A stretch of DNA of 63,827 bases, filler included, from Hyphochytrium catenoides (lineage: Eukaryota; Protista; Hyphochytriomycota): the NCBI GenBank assembly GCA_900088475.1. It is 10 parts of 10 records of this genome, joined end to end, with 100 filler letters (N's around TTAATTAATTAA, not from the genome) between each part and the next. Parts side by side here need not be neighbours in the genome. Positions count along the whole stretch, not along the records: positions 41,421 to 55,061 come from FLMG01000667.1; 9 more parts are not named here. The stretch is one strand, 5' to 3'. Every line of letters starts with the position of its first letter. Within the stretch, counting starts at the first letter, position 1. Position numbers and translations under genes: made by a program. Below the pieces are notes generated by a model. That model saw nothing but the letters and a program-made list of their open reading frames with translations, did not search any database and had not been told where the DNA came from. This document shows positions 42,856 to 54,882 of the stretch, piece by piece.

Positions 42856-45569
42856 GAGAGAGACGTCCGATGACTGTGGCAGGAAAGGTTCGAGCAGTCT
42901 TCTCTCTCTCTCTCTCTCCCTCTCTCCCTCTCTCTCTTCGGGAAGAGTGGGTGGGACCCGACAGCGAGTCGACGGCTCCTCATTCCAAACCCTTCAGGAG
43001 GGAAGGTTATCCGTAATCTTACTATTGATATTATATATAATACCACCATATCAACCCACTATTGCCGACAACTTGCACTTTAGACCAAGATTTAGATTAG
43101 CTGCATTGGTTATGAATTGATAACTTATTTATTCAGAATACACATATCCCAGACTCCCACCCAACACCTCTGGATTTGCCGTTGTCCGTCTGGCCCACAG
43201 TTCAACTGGAGCTTCCTTATCTCACACGACTCCGCTAAACAGCTCCACGATAGAACCGCCAATATTCCAGTTCACTATGTACCTTCAGTGAGCCATTTGC
43301 GGAGTTATGAGATATCTGAAAGATTCTCTTTCTTCATGAATCTCCTTCGTCTGGTGCTTCCACTTCTCTTTGGCAATGAAAAAGCTACTTCCTGGATGAA
43401 CGGGCTTCACAGCCCAAGGCTCACAGCTCTTGTTCTGAGCTTCAGTGAAGATTTTGGGGTTGCCCGAGAGGGGTTGGTCTCAGTGATGAGGGCCAGTACA
43501 CAACGATAGCTTAGACCTAGGCCAGCAGGATCGGGTGGGACGCCCTTGGGAATCTCTTTTAGAACGCGCTGACCTTGTGAACGATTAGTTCCAAGGTCTC
43601 TATCTCTCGTCCTTATAGGTACAGCACTCTCTAAAGCTCAATAGAGAAGAAACTCTATCTTGCGATATTAGCTGTCTGTTAACTTGTAGAACGTAGAAAG
43701 GACGAGATCCATTGCTTTCCTCTACGAGGATGAGAGAGTGAGCTCCTGCTGTACAACTAGGAATCCTCCTCAAGGCTGCTTTCTGTTGTGCTGCTTATTA
43801 TAACACCAGGCTTGCCATTGGAAACCACTGCCAGCTCACAAAAACAGCTCCACGTAGATGATAGTCATGGTGCTTTGTTGCCAAGGTCCCTTGCTGCCAA
43901 CCTTCCACTACCATCTTCTCAAGCATAGAAGCAGTACAGTTCCTCGTCCCTGCTCTCCTACAGCCAGACTTGTCAGAGGTAGAAAGAGCCCAGCACGGCG
44001 GATAGCGGCGACAAGGACACACTTTCATTCTCTTCCTTTGTCCTGAGACTCCTCCGGCGCTGGTTTTGCCGATAGATTGCCCTCTTCGTGCTTGATAAAC
44101 GCCGAAACCAGCGGACGGTCTCGGGTCTTGTCAAAGTCTTTGTGAACCTGTCGTCGGCCCTTATTAGGTACTTCAGGGAGATAATACTCTCCTTAGCCAC
44201 CTGCTGCAGAGTAGTACGAAGGGGTTCCTCTCTGTTGATAGAAGTAGTAGTGCTGTTGCCTGAGATAGGGAGCTAAGCCGTCCTCAGCGCTGAGGAGAGA
44301 TAGAGCTGGGAACGTGGTTGACTTCATTATACGTCAACATACGCTATCCTCTGATAGTGTGGCTTACAGTCAGGGTGTGCCTTTCTAGGGTACAATCCTC
44401 TTCAAGTACCTGCTGAGGAGGATGAGGAGCTGGCTGGCAGAAGCACACTCTTGTGAGAGGAGGCAGACCCTAGTACGCTGCCCTGCTTCCGTCGACAAAA
44501 AGCACCGAGAGGCAACAGCAGAAGGAACAATAGCTGCAGCACCAGTGATAAAGAACGACTCCTTTATAACTATTGAGATTGCATGCCTGCTGCTGGGACG
44601 TGGCGAAGACGACCTTCTTCAAGGCAGTAAGTACATCAATGAGGCGATAGATTTTCGGTGAAGAAGCCTTCCTCCTCCTGTCAATGCTGCAACTGTGAGA
44701 CAAAGAGAGAAGAGAGGCAGAGGAGAGAGAAGAGGTACCGGAGAAGATCATCACCATCAAAGCTACGCCACTTCTCGAGGGAAGATACGTGATGATATAG
44801 CACGCACGCCGGCCTCCAAGAATAATTCTAACGGCGGTGGTTGGCCCATGCACGCCCCGAGCAGCATCACTAGCTTCAAGCTACCGTCAGTTTGGCGGAA
44901 GTCAGCATCTCTTCTTCTGCCTCCTTCTCGAGTCAATAGCGACATCTCTGGGGCTTGGACTATTATCATTATTCCCATCTTCTCTCACTCCCTGTCTCGC
45001 TAGAGTCCTTTCTCCTGGTTATCATCTTCTTCATGGGCAGGAGGAGGAGAAGCGAGTGGCTTATGCATGGGGACACTTCATCGACTTCTCTCTCCAAAAA
45101 GATAGGAGAGTGATGCCATTCCTAGTAACCTCCTCTCTTCTTCCTTATCATTGTCCTCTTGCTTATAAAGAAAGGTATGAAAAAGAAGAATAGAACTTCG
45201 TGGCGTTAATCTGGGCTCTTTTCTCTGCTCTGGGTGACCATCATGCGTTCTCTTCTTCCCACTTCCAGTCCTTCTTAGAGCATAACCTTCTCTCTCTCTC
45301 TGTGTTCATCTTTCTGTCTCTTCTCTCTTCCGACAGTCTTCCCAGCCTATCTCTTGAGAATGTAAAGCAGACCGTCTCGATCGCAGGAATGGGGAAGAAT
45401 ATGTATGGATTCAAAGAGCAACAGCGGGTTGCCATTATGGTGACCAATAAATAATAGAAAATATTCAACCTTTCCAATGACAGAAGAACTACGAAGCCCC
45501 AAAACCACGATCCATCACTTCTCTCTCTCTCTCTTCTCTCTATACCCATATATTCCAGACTCTATCTAT

Positions 45570-47195
45570 CTAGCACACGGAAGTGGCAGCAGGTGGATCC
45601 TGTGTCTTCTCAAAGACCTGGTTGCTGCACTTGCAGAAGAACGGCGCACTTCCTGCGGTATATTTAAACCGCGTGTTAGGCACAGGAGAGTTCGTGTTGC
45701 CTCCGCTAGGACAGAAGGTCACGACCATGCCCTTGCCCTTGGTCACCGTGTAGACAGGGTTAAAGTCATTGTGCCCGATCTCACAGATGTTATACGCGTC
45801 AGGGCAGTTCACGTCCTGGCAGACGATCTTATGTCCGCCTGGATAGTCAATAGACGCACCAAAGTTGAAGCCCTTGATCTTGCTAAGATTGTAGCTCCAC
45901 TTGTCTCCATGACTTGCGATCTCTACCAGCGTACGAGCGCCAACGTTGGACCACAGCCCTCTCGCCACAAACAGGTTGAAGCTCGCGACATTGTTGAAGT
46001 CAGAGCAGAACTTGCCATTCATGCAAGATTCAGGCAGGGCCCCGTCGTGAGAAGAGGAGAAGACCTTCTCTCCGCAGTTATTATAAACAGTTATGCCCAC
46101 GCCATTAGGGACTGGGGCGGGGGCAGGAGGAGCTGGCGCTGGAGGAGCAGGGGCAGGAGGAGAAGGAGTAGGCTTTGGAGCAGGAGCCGAGGTCGGAGAA
46201 GGTGTGGGAGAAGTAGAAGGAGCCTTGTTGCTCTTCTTCTCTTCTTCTTTTACCGAGCTGCTCTTATTTACCAAGTTGCTCTTGTTCTCTTCGTCTTTTG
46301 AGTCCTCCTCCTTTGTCTCTCCAACAGACGTTCTCCCTTCACCTGAAGCCGAGATCGTAGAGTTCTTCTCCTCGACTTGTGCCTCAGCTTCAGTGCTATT
46401 GCTGTTGGTGCTCTCAGAAGTCGGAGCAGAAGAGACCGGGTCACAGTCCGTAGGGCGCGTCTCTCCTGGGCAGAGAGACATGTCTCCCGCCTTGGAAGCA
46501 TCGCAGACCACGCCCTTGGGGCAGCAATAGTATGAGCGAGAGGTAGACGTCTCTCCCTCGGCTGCACAAGGGAGAGGGAAGGCTTGACTGCTGCAGAAAG
46601 CGCGAGAAAAGACAGGCTTAAGCTCCTGCACAGGTCTCTGGCAGAACCAGTCGTGGCCCGTCTCACAAGTGGAAGGAGAGAGAGAGACATCGCACTCGGA
46701 GAGCTCTGCCTCTTCGCAAGCACCGCCTTGTGAGGTCACCTTGCAGCACTTGACGTCTCTGGTTCTTCCCTCCACGCAAGGAGAAGATTCTTCTTGGCAG
46801 AAAGAGGCTGCCCAGTCTTCTCCCTCAGGATTCTTGCACAGCCAACGCGAGGCAAACTGGTTCACTTGGCCGTCTCCATTAGAAAGAGTCTGTTCCTCTC
46901 CCTTGGTCTTCTCTCCTTCTCCGCCAGAGAGAGAGACAGCGAGAATGACGATAAGAGCGACGACGCCAAGCGCGCCTGCGATGGCCACGAACTTGACGTT
47001 TATCTTTCTCTTCGGGGAAGAGAACTCTTCTTCGTCAAGATATTGAAGAAGATCAACGTCTCCCTCCTTGGCAGTGCCAGGAGTGACGTTCTCTCTATAG
47101 ACATTGAGAGAGACAGAAGGAGAAGCATTGGCTGTCTCCTCTTCAGGTTTCTCTCCCTTGATGCGGGAGAACATATCCTTGAGATACGAGTTCAT
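45570..47195 (-). CDS. Type II membrane protein with two 8-Cys repeats, Pro-rich stalk and C-terminal small thaumatin-like domain; intronless
   Basis: TM at aa ~69-89; ITVYNNCGEKV, RTLVEI, SYNLSKIKGFN, CQDVNCPDAY and VVTFCP are thaumatin/PR-5 signature-like motifs. Confidence 0.8.
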   Translation of the reverse strand: MNSYLKDMFSRIKGEKPEEETANASPSVSLNVYRENVTPGTAKEGDVDLLQYLDEEEFSSPKRKINVKFVAIAGALGVVALIVILAVSLSGGEGEKTKGEEQTLSNGDGQVNQFASRWLCKNPEGEDWAASFCQEESSPCVEGRTRDVKCCKVTSQGGACEEAELSECDVSLSPSTCETGHDWFCQRPVQELKPVFSRAFCSSQAFPLPCAAEGETSTSRSYYCCPKGVVCDASKAGDMSLCPGETRPTDCDPVSSAPTSESTNSNSTEAEAQVEEKNSTISASGEGRTSVGETKEEDSKDEENKSNLVNKSSSVKEEEKKSNKAPSTSPTPSPTSAPAPKPTPSPPAPAPPAPAPPAPAPVPNGVGITVYNNCGEKVFSSSHDGALPESCMNGKFCSDFNNVASFNLFVARGLWSNVGARTLVEIASHGDKWSYNLSKIKGFNFGASIDYPGGHKIVCQDVNCPDAYNICEIGHNDFNPVYTVTKGKGMVVTFCPSGGNTNSPVPNTRFKYTAGSAPFFCKCSNQVFEKTQDPPAATSVC

Positions 47196-47460
47196 CTTCC
47201 ACTCCTTTTCTCTCTCTTTTCTTCTCTCTTTCGTGCTATAAGGCGGTATCAGCAGAAGGTCTCATATATAGAAACGGAGGGAGAGAGAAAGAAAAGAGGA
47301 CAGAGATTAGAGAAAAGGCAAGTGTATATATCCGCGGCGATGTGACGAGAGAGAGAGAGAGACGTCGTCACAGGTGAGCCGGTAAAATGAAAAGTGAAGG
47401 TCAGTTGCGAAGAAATGGTAGCGGCGTTTCTGACGGCAAACTATAGGAGGCCAGATAACA

Positions 47461-47493
<33 letters not shown>

Positions 47494-47607
47494 GCAGAGG
47501 GGAGAGAGACGGAGAGTTGCTTTTTTCGGAGGAAAGAGGGAGAGAGATGGCGAGCTGACGGGTTATAAAGCCAAGAGTTGACTTTGGTAATAAAACAACG
47601 GATAAGA

Positions 47608-47661
<54 letters not shown>

Positions 47662-47863
47662 GTAGGAGAGAGAGAGATTTGGGTTCATCTGGAGAGAGAA
47701 GCAGCATCCAACCCATCAAGGGGTGGGACGGACGATGATGCCCAAAGGGAGAAGCAGGGATGAACCGAGGAAATCAGGGGAAAATTTGTTCCTGTCTCTC
47801 CACCTCCTACCGCTGGTCATTTGAAAGTGCCTGACTGACCGGTTATGATGGCGGCTCCACTCG

Positions 47864-47895
<32 letters not shown>

Positions 47896-49244
47896 CTCTT
47901 TTTCTTTCTCTTTCTCTCTTTCTCTCTCTCTGTCTCTCTCTCTCTCTCTTTCTCTTTCTCTCGCTCTCTCTCTGTCTCTCTCCCTCTCTCTTCTCTTTCT
48001 CTTTCTCTTTCTCTCTCTCTCTCTGTCTCTCTCTCTCTCTCTTTCTCTTTCTCTTCCTCTTTCTCTTTCTCTCTCTCTCTCTGTCTCTCTCTCTCTCTTC
48101 CTCAGACCCTTTCCTTACAAGAAATGGAGCGACGAGAGGAGAAAAGAGGGACAGGCCTCAATAAGTTTCACTAAAGTTTGCAATAAATGAATCCTTCCCG
48201 GCAAGTAACTCTCAGTCTTCCATACATTATGAGGCAAACAATCATTTTCGGTGTAGATTTCCCATCGAAAACTGCTGAATCTGTGGTGGGTACTTTTATT
48301 GAGCTTTTATCTTAGATGGAAGTTTATTGAGCTACTGGCCCTCAGTTCTATTCTTAGCCCATAGAGAATAACCTGAGATATGACCAGCCAATAGAACCTC
48401 CCAGACTCTCACGCCATCAGTCATGGCAGGGGCATCACAGCCAATCAGCGCCCAGACCGCAGGTGCGGGGAGAGATCACCTTGGGTTTCGATCAAAATAG
48501 CGTTCCTATTTAGGATACATCCCACTCTAGAGCTATAACCCGAAATCGATGTCGGTATTATCCTGGATGCGCACATTGATGACTACTGGGGGAGCTTAGG
48601 AAACTAGCCAGTTCTGCCCTCAGAGTGGCGTGACAGGTCCATCAGGTCCATCAGCTATCGTACCTCCAAACGAATCTTTCAATTCACGTATAGGTTTCCA
48701 TTATTGCCAATGATTACCTCAAAACGAAGAGGGAAGTCTATTATTGGAGGTATTGGCCAATGTTTCGGAGGAGGCATCATCACCCTTTTCTCTCACGCCT
48801 TGTCTCTTCCCTCTCCCCTCTGTTCTCTTGGTTCTTTTCCCCGGCCTGCTCTTAGTATAGACAGCTATATAATAACAGCTTCAACTGCAAGCGGACCCAG
48901 CCACCAAAAATACGACGAAAGGAGGAGAAAGTGGTCGCTCAAGCTGCGTCAAATGACAGCTGGTGGAGCTGCTGGTGGGATAACTTCGCGACGATAATGG
49001 GGTTATGGGAATGTGAAGTTGTGGTAGCTGTTGTGGTCTCAGAAAGATGGGAAGAGAGAGAGGAAGAGAGAGAGAGAGAGGGAGAGGAAGAGAGAGGAAG
49101 AGAGAGAAGAAGACAGAGAGAAAGAGAGGGAAAGAGAGAGGAAGAGAGAGAGAGAGAAAGAGAGGGAGAAAAAAAGAGAGAGAGAGAGAAGAGAGAGAGA
49201 GAAGAGAGAGAGAGAGAAGAGAGAGAGAGAGAAAGAGAGGGAGA

Positions 49245-49295
<51 letters not shown>

Positions 49296-50040
49296 AACGC
49301 CACAGACTGTCTCTTTCTCGATAGCTTCCAGGTCCTCCCTCATCAGTTCTCTGTCTTCAAGAGAGATCCTAGTGCTTCTGCCATGGCGTCTGGTACGACA
49401 GGTTGTCAGCCTTTACTTTCCCTGTGCGACCCAGGGTCTTCATGATACCCTTGAGGATCGTGGGACAATGGTGGATTGATGGCTCAGATGTGCAGCCGCC
49501 TGATGAGGGAGAGAGACGATAACAGAAGCAGAGAGACAGATAGTTCTCCTAAAGAAAAAGAAGATACAATGAGCGTGTCTTCTTGCGATCTTCCCACCCC
49601 AATTTTTCTGTGAGTGTACATGTGTAACAGTAGGTTTTTAGTCTCCAGGGCAGGTACTATGTATGGCGTATGAAAGAAGTTGTATGAGATGAAGCTGGGT
49701 GCATCTCTACCCTTCTTTCTCTCTCTCCATCAATCTCTCTCTCCTTTTTCAACAGTAGTTCTAGGTAGGTAGGAAGGGTGAAGTCAGTCATCTCTTTCTC
49801 TTGTCGTACGAGTAGCTCCTTTGCATATAGTTCTACTGCTGGTACAGTACTACAACGCATACGATGCAAGCACACCACCACTAGCGCCACGCATCACGTC
49901 TTCTTCTGACTGTTCACCTCTGACGGCACCCGCTGTTGTCAGAAAAGAGCGAATTGATTGTTTCTTGTACAAGTAAGACTACTACGAGTACCCTTGCACA
50001 CAGGCAAAACTTCAAATAATATTGTTGCACAAAGACTTAT

Positions 50041-50300
50041 TCAGAAGAGAGAGACATCTCCTCCTCTACGAGCAGGGAGGTTCTCTTCTCCCTTGAGTGC
50101 TAAGCACGTCTGGCTGTGTGCATACGGGGTGTCCTTTCCTCCGTTTCCTATCGAAGTTGCATGTGATGATAGGAGCATTGTTGCCATCGATTTTATGAAA
50201 GGCTGAAGGGGCAAGAAGGACAAAGGAAGTACATATTGCACTAAAATGAGGAAAGATTATTTGCCAGAGCGAAAGAGACTCATCTTGGCCATTGTCTATG
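50041..50300 (-). pseudogene. Possible decayed hAT transposase C-terminal (dimerisation) region
   Basis: PFIKSMATMLLSSHATS...YAHSQTCLALKGEENL resembles hAT P-x-L-x-x-x-A-x-x-LL-S-x-x-ATS...R-x-x-L. The conserved ER-x-FS is missing and frames are broken. Confidence 0.3.
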
Positions 50301-51882
50301 ATGCTACATCTGTCTATTCCACCTTTTCCTTCTTCCCACTTCTGACCACAAGGACAAGCAACAACAACCTTGTTCGGTGGTGATGACGGGAATGCAGTGG
50401 TTGACATTCTCTGTTGGTTGCGGGAAGGAAAAAAGCATGTGCCAGGAGAAGTAGGAGTATGACGGGCCTCTGTCGTCAGGCCACTTGTAAGTATGCCTCA
50501 TGATCTCTATCAGCAGCAGCAGCAGCGTCATAGAAGCAGCTTGGAATCTGTTTCCTGGCTACTTCCACATTGTTATCAATCTAGCCGCATGGCACTCTTT
50601 CTACTGAGGAAAGAGAAGAACTTTCAGCTGTGTTGTACAACGATGATTTATACAAGAAGGGAAGAAGAAGAAGCGGTAATCTGCTAACAAATTTGGCGTG
50701 CAATACCGGCTAGCAACTATGAATTGGACAGGACAGTTTGGCCGTTCTTCATTCAGTTATCTACTGACTTCAGCAAGCGTAAGCTTGAGCTCTTTGAAGT
50801 CATCAACAACTCTATCTTCTGAAGAATCGTTACTAAGTTGTTTGACATGAGGGTAGTAAGATAGCTAGCTTTAGAGGTTTCCGCCAAGCTAAGAGAAGCA
50901 AATTCCCAATGAATATTTATTGCTAAGGATGAGGGTGAATAAAAGCTATTACATCTGTGTCGCCTACTCCACTCGAAAGAGAAAGAGGACACACCGAACG
51001 TTCGATCAGTAAGTTATTCTATCTCTGCACTTCTTAAAAATATTTGTCAGTCTCGTCATTCGTCAGTCAATCATTCAATGTAGATCTTATCTACCAAGAA
51101 GGAAAGAAAAAAATGACGACTGCCATCATCATGAGGATGCCAATGATCATTATGTGCCCCCCTTCGCGGTGTTCTATTATACGTTGCAAAGAGAAGAAGT
51201 TGAGCCCATAATAATGAACCTAATAGAGAGTAGAGACATAACCACTACGCTGTCGTCTATTGTAGAAATAAGTGAGGAGAAAGAATTGAGGGTTACTACC
51301 TGATGACACTTATAGTAATATTGGTAAGGAAGAATGTCTCCGTTCTCCATCATCATATCGTGGAGTTAGGCCTTCAACAACGCTGTAGAATAAGAAGACA
51401 CACACTGCTAGATCTACCATTGTCTTCTTGAAATAAAGGGTTGGTTGATGCGAGGGCACTTCTTTCTCTAGCTCACACATCCAACACCGTGCTGGCAGCG
51501 CAGCAGCAGCAGCCCTCCAAGCTCATCGTGATCAATCAACAATATCTCTCAATTATGGGCAGACTTCCCGAGGCCGCCCGCGGTGGTGCCCCATCTACCC
51601 TCGCTGAAAGAAGCCTCACCACCTTATTATACAGCCACCAAACAAGAAGACATCGCCGTCCATAATAGCGTATCATTGGTAGTACAGAGCGGAGATCCTC
51701 CCTTCCGATTATGATGACTGACTGGCGATGATGGCCGCCGCGCCGCCTCGCATCTTCTACAACGAGGAGGGAAGTGTTCTAAGTGTTCCTACAGTGCAGA
51801 AGAAGAGGGGCAGCAGAATTTACTCACCTGGTTAGCGTGGCCACTATAAATTGGGTAGTTGTGCCAAGTTTTTCAGCTAACA

Positions 51883-51955
51883 TCCCAGTTAGTCTAGGTG
51901 GTTAGGATAGCTGGCTTTCACCCAGCAGACCCGGGTTCGAGTCCCGGACTGGGAA
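51883..51955 (+). tRNA. tRNA-Glu(UUC), copy 1
   Basis: TCCCAGT acceptor stem pairs with ACTGGGA; anticodon arm GCTGG CT TTC AC CCAGC; T arm CCGGG TTCGAGT CCCGG; T-run terminator downstream. Confidence 0.96.
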
Positions 51956-52112
51956 ATCTTTTTTTGTCGTCCATGCTGCTACTTGTACAGTGTTACAGTG
52001 ATAGAAAGTAGTTCTACTTGTAGTATCTCAAATCAGTTCAATAACTTGGATTCTTGGATTCAAAACTAGTGTAGTTGAAATCAAGAATGATATCTCACAA
52101 TCTTCCTAAACA

Positions 52113-52185
52113 TCCCAGTTAGTCTAGGTGGTTAGGATAGCTGGCTTTCACCCAGCAGACCCGGGTTCGAGTCCCGGACTGGGAA
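52113..52185 (+). tRNA. tRNA-Glu(UUC), copy 2, identical to copy 1
   Basis: Exact copy 230 bp downstream, with its own T-run terminator. Confidence 0.96.
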
Positions 52186-52624
52186 ATCTTTTTTGTCATC
52201 TCTGCCACAGTGTTACCACGGTCATATAATGAAGTACAACTGTACAGAGTACTCAATGAGCATGTCTCTACGCTATATCGAATCAGTGCAATAATGTGGC
52301 TTGGATTCCAAACAGTATGGGTGGGATCAAGAATATCCGTCATGTTCCCGCTAACGGCCTCTAACCATAACATCTATTGCAACCAGAGCTCCCCCAGAAG
52401 GATGAAGCGACATGGGTAACGAAATCTTCAGAATTGGAGGCTGCGGTCTGCAGCTCTGTCAGAGCTCTGTCTCTGTCATAATCAAGGCCGTCAGCAGCTC
52501 TGAGGGAGCTCTGAAGACTGAGATTGAAGCTTGGCGAGGCGAACGAGCCTTCTGCTCCATCTGTCAGAGAAGTAGTGAGGCCAGTATCCTGGCTGTGCTG
52601 GATGGGTATTTCGAAACGGGAGGA

Positions 52625-54882
52625 ATGGCTGACATCTACCATGAGACGCAGCAGGCTCGAGAGATGACATGCGGTCAGCACTGTCTCAATAACCTGCTAC
52701 AGGGTCCATACTTCTCAGCTGCAGACTTATCCGTTATTGCCCAGGAAATGGACGAGAAAGAGCGCCAGATAATGTCGGTTTGGATCAACTTGAGCTCTTC
52801 CTATCTTCCTTTTCTAATATCTCTTCCGCTGGCTCTCCCACCTTCCCTGTCATGTTCAATGGCGCATATATCCATCGCTCCTTCAGGCTAGAGAACGGCG
52901 CAGATACACTGGATGCGCTACAATTCCTCGCTGTAAGCGCAGTATGATTACTGATAGGCGTTTCCTTCTCTCCCTGGTCTTTGTCCTATTCCGCTCTCTT
53001 CAAGTCGTTCTCCCAGTGACAGATTTCTGTTATTGCCTCTTCTTTCTGCCCCTACCGACTGCGGTGGCAGATCTCTCGCTCTCTAGCTCTCTCATAAGCT
53101 TGCGGTCACTCTTTGCTCTCTTCTCTTTATCTATCCACGTCCGTTTGACTCTTCTTTTTCTTGGTCTCTGCTCTATGCACATCCTCTCCTCACTTAAGAA
53201 CGCTGAAAGTCTATGCTCCTGTGTCTCTCTCCCCTCTCTTTCTCTCGCTCTCTCTTCTATCTCCAGGAAGGATCAGGAAACGTGGATGACTCTGGAAACT
53301 TCTCTGTCGATGTCCTAAGAGAGGCGCTGGCTCGGTCTTGGGCCCTGCAGTTGCTGAACGTCAATAGTGAGGAGGGAAGGAGGTTGCAAGGGCAAGAAAG
53401 GGAGAAAATTGAAGGCTACATCTGCAATCATGCACGTCTGTGGAGCGCATTTCTCTCTTAACCTTTCTTTTTCTTTTTTCCTCTCTCTGCCTCCATCTTT
53501 CATCATCTCTCTGTCCTTCGCTGGCCAGGCTTCAGCCCTTGTATGACCTTTTCCTATCTGAGTCTCCTTTTTACGCACGTCTCCCCGAGAGACTCTCTTA
53601 CTCTCTCTCTTTCTCTCTCTCTCTTGTTTCTCTTTTCGCGCACGCGTCACCTTTTACGTGTTTCTCTCTCTCTGTCCTATTCTGTCTTCTTATTCTTACC
53701 TAGTCCCTGACCCACCGCTGCTATCCCGCAGAGCACTGGCTTTCTATAAGAAAGTTGGGAGATCGCTGGTGGAATCTCAACAGCCTTCTCCCTCGCCCAG
53801 AGGTAAGGGCCAGAGAGAAGGAGTCAAAAAAGGAGGAGTGATGAGTGATGGAGATAAATGAAACAGGGTAGGAGGAGACAGGTGAAAGAGAAAAAGGAAG
53901 ATGTGTGAGATTATGGAGAGCAAAGAAGCAAGAGAGAGAGAGAGCGCGCGAGAGAGAGAGAGCGCGAGAGAGAGAGAGAGCGCGCGCGAGAGAGAGAGCG
54001 CGCGCGAGAGAGAGAGGGAGAGGACGAGGAAGAAGAGGAGGATCAAGCTGGACAAAGGAAGAGAAGATTAGACGATAAAACAGGCGGGAAGGTTAGGAAG
54101 CGGAATCCCTCGGCGGACTTTATTCTCTGAAACCTTTGGCCCTTGCCCTCTCTCCTCTCTCCCCATCTTTTTCGGCAGCCCATCAGTGACTTCTATCTGG
54201 ATGCGTTCCTTTCCTCTCTCCAAGCGGAAGGGTGGAGCTGCTTCGTGGTTGTTGGCTCTCTTCCTCCCCCCATCAGGTCGGCCACCACTCTTTCTTCCCT
54301 TGCAAAAGTTCCGTCTCTCTCTCTCTCTCTCTCTCTCTCCATTCTCTCTATTTTTCTATCTCTTTTCTAACGCTATCCTCTCTGTGTGTGTCTCTCTTGT
54401 CCGCTCTATGCTTCTCTCCTTTCCTCCCTTCTAGCACATCTTCTCCGCTCTTTCTCTCTTCACTGTTCATGACGTTGCCCCACACGCTCGCTCTTCCAAA
54501 GCCTCTTAACCCTCCTCCTCTGCCGGTGACTCTCAGGATAGTCATGCTCTGTTATCTCTCTCTCTTTGTCTTCTTCTCTGTCTCCCCTGTGCTCTCCCCC
54601 TCTTCTCTTTCTTTCCCTTTTCTCCTCTCTTTGCCCTCGTACTTCTGCTATTCAACTAACTAATAAACCCATAGGGAAAGCGTGTCCTTGCAAGAGGAAT
54701 GGGAGGCGGTCCCTTCCTCTCTCCTTCAAGAAGAGACACAAGGTCGGCCCCTTGTCTCACCTCTTTCCCCTCCCCAGGCAGAGAACGGACCAAACAAGAC
54801 TGACAGAGCTGGAGGGGAGGCGCTTAAGGTCAGAGCAACAGTGGAGACGCGAGGGAAAGAAAGAAAGGGAAAGAGCGATTGA
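52625..54882 (+). CDS. Ataxin-3-like Josephin-domain deubiquitinase, multi-exon
   Basis: IYHETQ...TCGQHCLNNLLQGPYF (catalytic Cys), SGNVDDSGNFSVDVL, ICNHAQHWLSIRK (His), WWNLNSL (Asn), PISDFYLDAFLSSLQAEGWSCFVVVGSLP. The final exon assignment is less certain. Confidence 0.9.

Noticed and set aside
43117-45454. Short ORFs between V-ATPase c and the thaumatin-like gene
   Set aside because: No recognisable motifs or consistent exon chain; possibly decayed sequence.
46093-47345. Plus-strand ORFs overlapping the thaumatin-like gene
   Set aside because: Antisense shadows of the 541-aa minus-strand CDS.
54058-54075. AGAGAAGATTAG resembling the U6 snRNA core
   Set aside because: Only about 12 nt in a GA-rich intron; flanks do not match U6.
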